Of a stretch of 64,000 nucleotides of DNA, positions 26,262-37,777 are shown one piece after another. Within the stretch, counting starts at the first letter, position 1; every line of letters starts with the position of its first letter. The translations under genes and the position numbers were made by a program. The notes beneath the pieces were generated by a model. It worked only from the letters and a program-made list of their open reading frames with translations, was not told the DNA's origin and made no database searches. This DNA comes from Lingula anatina (lineage: Eukaryota; Animalia; Brachiopoda): positions 15,252,001-15,316,000 of the forward strand of contig CM120642.1 of assembly GCA_051362555.1 (NCBI GenBank), given 5' to 3'.

Positions 26262-27855
26262 CAGCATTGGTCAAAAAGGTTGTCCCACCCCCATTTCCAT
26301 GTACTTTTATTTACAAATGATCACATAACAGCTGTTAATTGTTAGAAATAGTGTTTTTTATTACGTATACCGTGTCTAACATGATTAATGGTTTAAAAAA
26401 ATACAAAATAGTGGTGGAAATATACATTTTTTATACCATTTAGTAAAATTTATAAGAGGTATCCCCTCAAATCGACTGTTTCACTGTGACTTCTAAAGAT
26501 GTAAAGAAATGACTATAAAATAAAAAAGACGCCATCAAATGTCACCAAATTCACACACAATTAGCATTAGGGTGTGCTCATTAAAGATCACGTGCCTAAC
26601 AGCGTGTGCGTCTACCGCGTACTGCAATTATTTCCTGTAGACGGAGCGACAAGCCTTCAACACGGGTTACAATTCTGTTTTGTGGGATATTGTCCCATTC
26701 TTCTTAAACAAGTTGGGGGAGTTGGTCCACGTTTTTATGGGGTTGGTTCTCCTTTGCATTGCACACTTCAATACATGTCACAGTTGATTAGTAAGTTTGA
26801 TATCAGGGCTCAAAGATGGCGGTTTCATCCTTAGACCATTATCTTTCTTCAACAAACAGTTGCCAGGCGAGAGGTGTGAGCAAGTGTGCAGTCATGATAA
26901 AGCCTGAAGTTAACCCCAAAGTCAGTTCTTGAAGATGGAATGAGATATCAGTTGAGAATGCTACGTTCAGTGATCCCACAGGCACCTGAACCTGGCCATC
27001 CATCACTGGAAGGAAGTTGATTTTGATGCAGAATCAAATTATTTCTTGTATCCCATCGATGGTCAAAGAGGGTCCATAGACATGTCTAAAAAATGCCTTT
27101 TGGAAGGGTGTGTGCAGGATAATATCGCCTGAGGTGTTTGATCAATCCGCATTTGGAGAACATTTCAAGCCCATGGTATTAGTACATTGTTCCTTTTGGA
27201 ACAAAACGTAACAAGGGCATTTTGATGTAACATTCTCAACAGAAATCTCACTCCATTTGCAAGAGATGACTTCAGGGATACTACTGGCTTCATTGTGACG
27301 ACGCACTTGCTCACAGCTCTCGTCTGGCAAACGATTTGTTGCAGAAACACAGGGCTCTGAGGATGGGACAACCGTCTTTGAGTCCTGATATTAATCCTAC
27401 TGAGCACCTGTGGCATAAATTGGAATGTGCATTGCAGAGGAGAACCAATTCCTAAATAATCTTGACCAATTCCGCCACGCTCTTTAGGATGAATGGGACA
27501 ATATCCCACATAACAGAGTAAGGCACGTGATCTTTAACGAGCACACCCTAATGCTAATTGTGTGTGAATTTGGTGACATTTGATGGCACCTTTTCAATTT
27601 TATAGACATATCTTTACATCTGTAGAAGTAACAGTGAAACAGTCGATTTGAGGGGGTACCTCTTATAAATTTAACTAAATGGTATAAAATATGTATATTT
27701 CCACCACTATTTTGTATTTTTTTAACCATTAATCATGTTAGACACGGTATCCGTGATAAAAAGCACTATTTCTAACAGTTCACAGCTGTTAGGTGATCAT
27801 TTGTAAATAAAAGTACATGGAAATGGGGGTGGGACAACCTTTTTGACCAATGCTG
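26262..27855 (+). mobile_element. Tc1/mariner (DD34E) derived fold-back element with a decayed transposase
   Basis: About 335-bp near-identical inverted termini CAGCATTGGTCAAAAAGGTTG../..CAACCTTTTTGACCAATGCTG within (TA)n runs. + strand 26980-27515 gives HWKEVDFDAESNYFL..DG and CDDALAH..PSLSPDINPTEHLW (34 residues between D and E), with stops and frameshifts. Confidence 0.88.
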
Positions 27856-27901
27856 TATATATATATATATATATAAAATATATATATATCTGAAGAACTA
27901 T

Positions 27902-28865
27902 ACAACATTGGTTAAAAAGGTTGTCACACCTCCAAAACCAAAACATGTCCATCGCTGTTGGATATTGCACATAGTGTGAACACAATGTGTTCGCCACAAA
28001 GGTCACAAAGTATGTACAAAATTGGTCAAAAAGGTTGTCCCACCACGAATTCCATGTGTTTTTATGAATAAATGATCACCTCACAGGTGTACATAGCTAT
28101 AAACAATGCTTTTTATCCCAGAGACCATAACTTACATGATTAATCGTTCAGAAAATATATATAGCTATGAACGTCAAAGAACCAGTACAGCTACATATAG
28201 ATATCCTGAAGAGGGGCACAAGCGCAGCAAATGTCGGGAGCTGACCACGCTGATGTCTGACATGGGTGTGTGGAGGGAACATGTGAATTCTTGACTGTTG
28301 CCGCCATTACAAAAAGATGATAGCTATGAACATCTTATACTTACAGAATTTTGTTTACTGGTAACACACAACTTTGAAATGCAAGGTCAAAAAAATATAT
28401 ATATATATCCCACCTCCAAAACCAAAACATGTCCATCGCTGTTGGATATTGCACATAGTGTGAACACAATGTGTTCGCCACAAAGGTCGCAAAGTATGTA
28501 CGAAATTGGTCAAATAGGTTGTCCCACCCCCAATTCAATGTGTTTTTATGAGTTAATGATCACCTCACAGGTGTACATAGCTATAAACAATGCTTTTTAT
28601 CCCAGATACCATAACTTACATGATTAATCGTTCAGAAAATATAAAATGCAGTACGCGATACACACACACACACACTATTAGACACGTGACCTTTAACGAG
28701 CACATCCTAATGGTAATTTTGTGTTTATTTGGAGATATTTGGCGGTGTCTTTTTAATTTAACTAGACATTTCTTTGCCTCTGTGGAAGTCACAGTGAAAC
28801 ATAAAAGTAAAGGGGGCACATACTCTAAATTTGAATTAATGTTACAAAATATAGATATTTTCACC
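27902..28865. mobile_element. Rearranged Tc1-TIR fragments with local direct duplications
   Basis: 27925-28161 is repeated at 28411-28641; 28162-28410 copies 26006-26260; 28665-28865 is an inverted TIR-type fragment. Confidence 0.7.
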
Positions 28866-28884
28866 GCTGTTAACAGTTTTATTA

Positions 28885-28990
28885 GGTCTTTCCATTTGGA
28901 ATGCGGAATTATATCCAACTGCAGAACTTTGGCCTAGATTTAGGATGTACATTTGGTGGTCTTGGGGCTATTGCATCCCCGATTATAATG
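28885..28990 (+). pseudogene. SLC22 exon 8 relic
   Basis: GLSIWNAELYPT(frameshift)QNFGLDLGCTFGGLGAIASPIIM versus WNGEFYPTALRNFGLGLGCTFGRVGAIVSPIVM; the GT donor is lost. Confidence 0.85.
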
Positions 28991-30792
28991 ACATCCCCTG
29001 CGAAAATGTGTCTCATTTAACGCTCACTAACGGTTTTCAATCTGTCCTAGAACGTAACGTTTTTCTCTTTTTATGAAAATGTTCTCAATCAGTTCTAGGA
29101 CATTTTGAAGGACTTTCCAAAAACAGTTCTCCAATTGTTACATTCATTACAGAACAACATTAGAACTGTAAAAATACACGCCAAATGTTCTAGAATAGAT
29201 TGGGAACCTTACTTTTGCACGGGGTTCTTAAGAAAATTATATTTATATTCTGTTCATACACATATTACCAACTATTCGGATCCATTAAATATGCAGGAAT
29301 GTACCAAATATCTTTAACGTGTTTTGCAGCAAGTGAAAGGAACAAAAATATCCTGAATCTGATACAATTAAAATACCCGCATAACTCTATTCACTGAAGC
29401 GTAGAGGCGTATATGTTCCGTTTCTCCTGGTTTCTCAATTTTTATTTTTCGTGATAAAGTTGTCTCGGAAAATTGAGCTCTATCAATTTCATCGCTACTT
29501 CGAATTCTATGCATAGGGAGACAATAGCAACACGGATACATTTATATCAATTTATTCCCATTCAGATATATCAACACTGAAAACGATATTTAAACATCAA
29601 TCTTTATCAAATGAATGTTATCAATTTCACTGCTTCTTCCAAACAAAAGGAAACAGGAACGACGCAGTTGTTTTTCTATATGCATGTCCATTGAGATATC
29701 TACACTTATAAAAGACGTGGAAATATCACATCGATCTTTATCAGATTAATCTTATCTGCCTCTTTCTTGAGATACAAGTTCAAGAGTTTTCCAAGTAAGT
29801 GTGAGGGGTGGGCCTAATTTTACAAAGGACGTTCAGCACTAACCGGCGTATTAGACAAAACTGGTAATTAATTTTCTGAACGCGGGATAACGTTACAGCG
29901 TTTAAACGTATGGTTGGTAAAGGTTATCTTTACATCAGTGTCGTTTAAACGTTTTGATAAGTGGTTCGTAGCTATAAACATCTCACCCTTATTTGGGACT
30001 GATAATTCTCAGAATGCTTAACATTATACACAATATAAATGACACATTATACTGTTCGCACACGATCTTTGAAATGCAAGAGCAAAAAAGCAAAGAGATC
30101 AATGGAACTAAATAGATGCTTTACGTGCTCCAGTAATGTCCCTATTACTATAGTAGAAATTACCATATTACATAAAATTATGAAGGAATCAATAATCTAT
30201 TCTTTCCCACTCAAGGATCGATTTCTGTCAGTTTCTTGAGCAAGATCTTCAAGTAGATTTACCTGATGTGAAAGTCAACTTCCTGATCAGTTGCTGTATT
30301 AAATTGAAAGATCTGAAATTCCCCTCTTTTATTATATTACGGAAATTTATCTTTGAGACTTCCTTAGGCGGTTTTAATCGGAAACCATGCGATACAGTTA
30401 GTCCATGCAGTCCTACTTATAAGCCGTCAAAGTTTCAAATTACAAATCATAAAACAGGGTTATTACGGCCCAAAATAACTTCTGATGAAAGGGAGTCGTG
30501 TACACTGTAACTTTTATAAAATCCAAGTTTTGCGACCTTTTCTCTGCATAACGGTTAGTACAACAGATATTAAATAATAAATAATAAATGTGATACAGTG
30601 TATTACACACTTTACATAATAAACATAATATAAATTTTAATGAATAAAGTTTAAGAGCTAAACTACTACGTAAGTGCCAAAAATAAAACGTTCAATAGCA
30701 CACAAGTGCAGCCTGAATGATACATGTGGATTCCCTGGCAAACGCCCCTTTTATAACTTAAACACATTACGGAATCGAAGGTCATGTGCTTA

Positions 30793-31002
30793 TGCCCCCT
30801 TTACACTGGACGGCTTCCTTTCTGCGTCCCGTACTGCAGACCCGTTTTAGAGTAAAAGAAATAGTACTTTACGTGCCAATAACTGGCCACTTATGTGCAT
30901 TCATTCTGCAAAAAAGCGATGATTTTTTCAACGACCACAACGATGTTAGTTTCGTGGTCGCACGAAGGACGCAGAAAAGACGCCATCCTTTGTAAAGGGG
31001 GT
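30793..31002. mobile_element. PIF/Harbinger-like MITE about 70 bp past the GPCR stop
   Basis: Inverted termini GCCCCCTTTACACTGGA / TCCTTTGTAAAGGGGG, an internal pair TTCTGCGTCC / GGACGCAGAA, and TTA on both flanks. Confidence 0.6.
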
Positions 31003-31072
31003 TTAAGCAACAATTCCATATATGTTCCTTTCCGTGCATTTTCTTAACAACAGAGACAAGATTGCAACAACG

Positions 31073-32158
31073 TTATTTCTGTACCCCCGCATTTATAGCC
31101 GGGATATCACCACTTCCCGGTTTAACTATCTTCCTTCGCAAACAGCAACGAAATAGCGAATACAACTGACATTGAAAGTTACGATGAAAATAAAGGTACA
31201 GGAAAAAGTTTACACTTGTATTGGTGCTCCGTATTAGGTTCAGGGCATATCCCACTAAGGGATCAGTTTTAGAGCCTATGATTCTGGATGTCCAAAAGTA
31301 GGCAGAGAAAGGCAAAACCAACAAAAACGCAGCAAGTGTGTTACTGCCAAGAACCAACGAAACGCGATTCTGCGTGTCCAATGTTCTTAAGAATATATCA
31401 CCATTGCTATATGATTTCTGACGTCTTCTGGTCAAACATACTTGAGCCAGCAACAAGAAACTGCAGCATGCTTGAATGATAAGAGGTAAAATGCTCATGA
31501 ATATTTCTCGGGCTGAGATAACCACGACGATCCCCAAGTTTCTGCCTACCTGGATTCCGAAATGTTCGTGTAAAGTTCGCAAAACTGGGGCTGTGTTGAC
31601 TGCAATTGAGCATATCAGCAAGCAAAACAACAAGTACATGCTGTAATCTTTAAGAAACGGTGTTACTCGAAGAGATGCAAACGGGTATTTTACCATGATA
31701 TAACGGAGCGATGTGGCAAGAGCCAGCAACCAAGTTGAATACATCATGAACGTTCCGGCAAAGATGAAGAAGTTGCAGTCGAGAAAATACAGAATCTTCG
31801 TATACATCGTCCCGTATTCTTCATCCCATAGTGGTTTGCATTTATGAATTAGTAGATGAACTAAATTCAACACTGAATTCGTCAGATCTGAGACAGAAAG
31901 CGCTAACAGGATATTCAGGAAAGGCAACGTAAAACAATCCTTAACTCTTTTCCATGCGATGATGTTTAAAATGTTTGAAGTGATTCCCCAAACAAGCAGA
32001 ACCATGTTAATACAATGAACGATGTCATTATTTGCAATAAGATTATAGCCGTAGCATTTAGGACCAGGAGGAAAAGTAAAATTTTGATTATCTGTTGAAC
32101 TGTTTCTGATCATCAAAACTGAAATAGAATCTTGAACGCTTGTATTTTCCAAAGGCAT
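31073..32158 (-). CDS. Intronless class A (rhodopsin-like) GPCR, FMRFamide-receptor-like/orphan type, 361 aa
   Basis: N-glycosylation sequons in the N-terminus; TM1 GITSNILN; TM2 LALSVSDL; TM3 STWLLALATSLRY..V.YP; TM6 FLLVLP; TM7 NTSVNFFLY; helix 8 NFQCQL followed by CC. Confidence 0.9.
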   Translation of the reverse strand: MPLENTSVQDSISVLMIRNSSTDNQNFTFPPGPKCYGYNLIANNDIVHCINMVLLVWGITSNILNIIAWKRVKDCFTLPFLNILLALSVSDLTNSVLNLVHLLIHKCKPLWDEEYGTMYTKILYFLDCNFFIFAGTFMMYSTWLLALATSLRYIMVKYPFASLRVTPFLKDYSMYLLFCLLICSIAVNTAPVLRTLHEHFGIQVGRNLGIVVVISAREIFMSILPLIIQACCSFLLLAQVCLTRRRQKSYSNGDIFLRTLDTQNRVSLVLGSNTLAAFLLVLPFSAYFWTSRIIGSKTDPLVGYALNLIRSTNTSVNFFLYLYFHRNFQCQLYSLFRCCLRRKIVKPGSGDIPAINAGVQK

Positions 32159-32575
32159 TTTGGGGTTCTAGAGACAACGATCAAACTGACATGCGTTACC
32201 AAGGTTGACAACTTCAGCAGATAACCAGATAGTTATTGTTCGTATCCCACATATAATAGCGTTGAAACTTTCCTGGAAAACCGCTGCAATTCGGCATCTA
32301 CTACAGGGCTATGTCTTTTAAAGACTGTCTATAGTTATACGTACCTTATATAGTAAAGGTCCTGCTGACATGACATCATTAGCTAGCGACGAATGAGGTC
32401 CATTTATTACCGAGAACAACAACCTGCCGTATATATTAATCTCCTTTTGTTATTATATTCCCATAATGGCCAGTACGAATGGCAGCGAAACAGAAATGCA
32501 ATAGCGATAATCTACTCCGCCTATAAATCAAATACTAGGTTTTGTTTTACTGTCTGTGCTTCCGCTTCTTACTGA

Positions 32576-33843
32576 ATGCACTACCAGACGCAGCACCTAC
32601 GGATCCTGAATAAACCGGTATATCAGACCACACTACCCGTTTTCAAGGTGTGTGTCAGATAGCATTACGGAGTATCATACCCCATCACAAATTTTGTAGG
32701 CCTTCCTGTCATTCGGGTATCGCGCCTCGTTTTCGTCTTTTTAAACTTATTTCACAAGAGACTGAAGTACGCATACATATATACGAGCGCGAGTGTGCGT
32801 GCACGTACGCACGCGCAAAGATATTCAGTTTACGCAAATGTAAGATAAACTTCACCTCATAGGCGTTCCTTATTGATGCTTGTTTCATACATAATCTAAT
32901 ATCAATTTTTGAACTCAATAACCATTCAAATCAAATTCAGTATGTGCTGTGACAAAAGGTTACCAATTACCGTTTTCTTTTAAGGATTTTTCTTTGGTTG
33001 AGCAAACTATTAACAGAAGGCGAAATCCAGCCAACTGGTCCTTAGAGAACGTGATAGATTGGTTAAAAGAAAACGACTTGTATAGGTAACATACATGTAT
33101 TGTTGTGTGTTGAGGAATAGGCGCCTTTTATTAAAATATGGGAAGGTGTCTTTTTATTTGGCGGATGTAAAATCAAGATCACTTGGTTAAACAAATCAAA
33201 GTAAATATTTTGTTTCAATTAATGAAGAATGATAAATCCATATCTCATCTACCGTGCTCGAATGCCAAGTGTGGAATTTTATTTCCCATTCTTTATTGGT
33301 TAGATACCTTAAACTTGACATTTTCAATAAAATGTTAAATTTGCCCCCCGATTTCGTCTAATAAGTAAATAGCATAGGGAGTAAAAAGGGGATGCTTAAC
33401 GAACGTTGGACGGCAATAAATGGTTGATGTGATGAGTTATTGATATCAGGGTTTGTTATTCCAGGCTTCATCAATTGCATCTTTTGACGGGTGAAGAAAT
33501 TAATTTCCTCAAAGGCCTCATCCATAAGGTACAGCCGTGACATTAAGTGTCATTTGTGAAATACGAGTATTCTACTGGTACTCTAAAAGATGATGCTTGC
33601 GGTTTCCTATTCATAAAAGTAATTGTAAATCACCACAACCACCCAATTAAGTCCTGATGTAAATATGATTTAAAAGCAAATTTCATGATATTTGTTTTTA
33701 CTTAAGTGTTAAACAATTGTATGCAAAGTTTGTGTGTTTATTTTTAGGCACCAGAGTTTTTCTTTACATACCTTAGAGAAGAGCTTGGCATAAGACGTCT
33801 ACGTGACCTGATGAAGCTGAACAATGCCCTACAGAAGTTATAG
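32576..33843 (+). CDS. SAM-like domain exons resembling the C-terminal module of invertebrate TIR-SAM proteins; possible 110-aa mini-gene or relic
   Basis: Exons 32985-33085, 33465-33528 and 33748-33843 splice in frame to DFSLVEQTINRRRNPANWSLENVIDWLKENDLYR-LHQLHLLTGEEINFLKGLIHK-APEFFFTYLREELGIRRLRDLMKLNNALQKL*. A tentative first exon 32576-32647 (MHYQ..PVFK|GT) is in phase. WSxxxVxxWL and LGI are SAM hallmarks. Confidence 0.65.
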
Positions 33844-34233
33844 GGCGGTCATGTTTATGGAAAGCTAAGCAAATGATACATGTAACAGCAAATATTATCA
33901 AACAAAAAATAATAATAATCCTGGCTGGCCTGGGCTTCTGACAATTGCTTTCCGTATGGCAAATGCGCATTTTGTCTTGATTAATTCTTTTTGAAAAATA
34001 ATTAAATATCTTTGTATATTATAAAAAATGTATTTGTACAGTACATTATCCGGTCATCTTTTCATTTTGCTATCTCAGCTGCTTTTAAACTAAGTTTCAG
34101 TTTTTACCTCCCAAGTAAAGTCATCTGAAATGTAATATAAAATTACCGCGTGTAGGAATTTTCAATTTTAATATTGCTTTTTAGCCTTCCTCTGAGTGAG
34201 TGCTAGTTTATTTGTTGACCAATATGTGGATTC

Positions 34234-35228
34234 GTGGTCAACAAGATGACACTTTATAATGAATAATAAATAATAAAAAATCGATATTTTTTAAAAATCC
34301 AGTAACCTGTTTCAAATGTTATTTTAATTTTTAACGCTTCATCAAAAAGAAAAAGAGATATGAAAGAAAAAGAGATATGATATAAGAAAATGTTGGTATC
34401 CATTGTTTTTCACGGGGTTGCAAGTGAACCCCTCCTTCCCACCAGACTTATACCGTTGTCTTTGAACTTCTGGCATCAGACACACCTTTCGTCACATACA
34501 CGACTCTTTCCAGGATCGAGTTGTTGGATCCATGGTCCGTAATAATGAATAATAAAACGGCGATTTTAAAATTGATGTATTTTTTTTAATTCAGGGGTTT
34601 GTTCAAACGTTAGAAATTATAAAAAATTCAACTCTTCATAAAAAAAAAAAAAAAAAAAAAGCGTGTGTCTGTGTGTGTGGGGGGGGGGGAGGGGGGGGAG
34701 TCCTGGAGACGGATACCGTTGTCTTTGAATTTCTGGCTATAGGCATGCCTCTCGTCACATAAACGATTCCTTCCAGGATCGATTTCATTTTTTTGACTAG
34801 TACATGTATGTGGACCAGTGGTCAACAAGATAACACTGTAATGAATAATAAAACGGCTTTTTCAAAATTGATACATTTTTGAAATCAAGAGTTCAAATGT
34901 TAAAATGATTTTAATATTTAACGGTTCATTAAAAATAAAAGAGGGATGGGGCTAAGAGGTGGATGCAGTTGTCTTTGATCTTATGGCTACAGGCACGACT
35001 CTTGTCACATACGACTCCTTCCAGCATCGAGTTCATTTGTTGATCAGTATGTGGATCCGTGGTCAACAAGATAACACCGTGTAATGAACAATAATCTTTT
35101 CAATAAAGATGAAACGTTTTGGGTCCAGTGGCTTGTTTCAAATGTTATTTTAATTATATTTAGTTTCATCAAAAAGAAAAATGGGTGTGGCTCAGAGCTG
35201 TCTTTGAACCTCTGGCTACAGATTCTCG

Positions 35229-35235
<7 letters not shown>
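34234..35235 (+). repeat. Four diverged tandem units of roughly 200-300 bp; another copy at about 37100-37315
   Basis: Recurring GTGGTCAACAAGAT..AATGAATAATAAA..TTCAAATGTT..GTTGTCTTTGAA..CTCGTCACATA..TCCAGGATCGA. Confidence 0.8.
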
Positions 35236-35268
<33 letters not shown>

Positions 35269-35573
35269 CACCTTCCAGAATGCCGCTTTTTGTAAATACT
35301 AATGAAACTGATTTGAAGTCATATGTCATTCAGTAAGGCACGGAAACACAGCTAGTAACACTTATCCAAGTAATGTAATTTAAATGTGGAGGCAATTATG
35401 GCTATGGCATATTTGATACGTCATTTGTCATGGCGGTAATCAGAATATAATTACGAAAGCAGATAACTGTACACGACAGGTTGTTTCCCTCCCTTGGTAA
35501 TTGATGAAATTCATTTCGATTCTTTACAAATGATATCTCAGTTTTTTTTTATTATATTAACTCCTGAATTCTG

Positions 35574-36040
35574 CTAATAAGTAAATATCATAGGAAGTAG
35601 GCAGATGACTCTTAACGAACGTGGGACGACAATTAATGGCTGATGTCTTGAGTTACTGATATCAGGATTTGTTATTCCAAGCTTCATCAATTGCATCTTT
35701 TGACAGGCAAAGAAATGAATTACTTCAAATGTCTCGTAAATAAGTTATGGTTCAACGGCCATGGCATTCAGTGTGATCTGTGCAATACGAGTACTCTACT
35801 AATATTGTAATAGAGGAAGTATTGAGCTTACTATTCACAAAAATAATTGATAATATATTCTTTTTATGGTCGACCATAATGTTTCGCTGGGATCCACACA
35901 ATTAAGTCCTGATTTATATATAATTTAAATCCACTTTTGATGATGTTTGTTTTTATTTAAGTATTTAACACGTGTATGCAAGTACGTGACATTTCTTTTT
36001 AGGCAACATTTTTTACATACCTTGGAAGGAGCTTGATACG
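35574..36040 (+). pseudogene. Degenerate second copy of the last two SAM-like exons
   Basis: LHQLHLLTGKEMNYFKCLVNK with acceptor AG>AA and donor GT>TT; truncated last exon after 36002. Confidence 0.75.
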
Positions 36041-36227
36041 CAAACCAAGTATTTGATTTATAAACGGGTTAATTTTCGTACAACATTTCTTATTGGCTGT
36101 CATTCATCATGGCAATAATAAGAATATTATAACAAAAGGAGATTACTGCACACAACATGTTGTTTCCCTTTCAGATACTTTGTAAGTGGCATCTATTCTA
36201 TATCGTTTTATTTTTTTATCATTTCAT

Positions 36228-36779
36228 CTAATAAGTAAATATCATAGGAAGTGGGCATGGGATACTAAATGAATGTCGGACGACAATAAATGGCTGATGT
36301 GTTGAGTTATTGATATCAGGGCTTGTTATCCCATGATGATCAATATTCTCCTGTGACAGGTGAAAAAATTAATTTCCTTAAAGGTCTCGTAAACAAGGTA
36401 AAAATATAATAGATAGCCTTGCTTTCAATGCCAGCTGTGTAATACGAGTGTGAAAGAGGATGTAATCAGTTTCTTATTCACAAAAGTAATTGTTTTAACA
36501 ATTGTTTGATAATATATTAAAATATATCATTTTCCCGTCGACCATGGTGTTCCGTTCGCAAACACACAATTGATTTATATATAATTTAAAACAACTTTGG
36601 ATGATGTTTGTTTTTATCAAGTGTTTGATAAATCATGCAAAGTATGCAGTTAGGCACCAGAGTTTTTCTTCGCATACTTTAGAGCGGAGCTTGGCATAGG
36701 ACGCCTGCATGATCTGATGAAGCTAAACAATGTCCTGCAGAAGTATAAGATGACCATGTTTGGAATGCTTAGCAAATGA
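36228..36779 (+). pseudogene. Third copy of the last two SAM-like exons; terminal exon 36654-36779 still open
   Basis: TGEKINFLKGLVNK|GT with a dead acceptor, then AG|APEFFFAYFRAELGIGRLHDLMKLNNVLQKYKMTMFGMLSK*. The 3' flank matches 33850-34500. Confidence 0.75.
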
Positions 36780-37777
36780 TAAGCGCATATCATTATTAAA
36801 AAAAAAGAACCCAAAAAGACTATAATCCTGGCTAGAGCGGGCTTCTGACATTTGCTTTTCTTATGGCAAATGCATATTTTAATTTTACTCATTCTTTTTG
36901 AAAAATTAAAACACATTTGTATATGATAAGGAAAATATTTGTATATAATTAGATCTTTGTTTACAACAAGTTTTGTCATCTCAGTCGCTTTTAAATAAAA
37001 TTTCGCCCTTTAATTTCCAAATCAGAAGGTGATTTTGTTGTTGCTCTAAATCTTTCGTCGGAGCTAGTGATAGATCATATATTGACCAGTAGAGATATCC
37101 GTGGTCAACAAGATGACGCTGTATAAGGAAAAATACAGCGTCGTTCTCAAAATCATAAATTAATTAAATTATTGAGAACAGTTTCAAATGGTATTTACAT
37201 TATTAAAAGTTTCATTAAAAAAAAGAAAAGCGTGGGGTTAAGAGCTTGTTACCGTTGTTTTGGAACTTCTGGCTACAGGCACGCTTCTCGTAGCCCACAC
37301 GAGTCCGACCAGGATGCTGCTTATCATGAACGCTGACTGAATTTAAAGATGCATACAAAGTCAATTTTTTGTCACAAAAACCAACCAAATGCCAGCATAT
37401 AGTTTCAAGTAGTATAACTAAGAGAATTACCAAAAGGCATTGTTTAATTTTACCCCAAAATGATGTTTGAACGGATTTTTCAGCTGGCATTCTAAGCTGT
37501 ATGTCAATGGGGCAGGAAAGTAGGTCACGAAAGTAGGTTAAATTTACAACCAAAAATTTAAAGAAAGGAGCAGTCTAAAGGTCTTTTATGGCTGATCGAG
37601 TGATCTATTCAGTTTATCCCTTGGCATGTCGAATCTATTTGAGTCATATAAGAATCCAGTAGAAGTGGTTAACATGTGTTACTGGGAATCCACGCTCCAC
37701 CGATGCTCGGTTCCTATGTACCTTTAAACTTTACGTCATGATACGGAAAGAATTCGAGAGAAATAAAATAAACGTAC

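Noticed and set aside
34234-35235. CRISPR-like or coding repeat array
   Set aside because: Eukaryotic context; long diverged units without unique spacers or a conserved frame.
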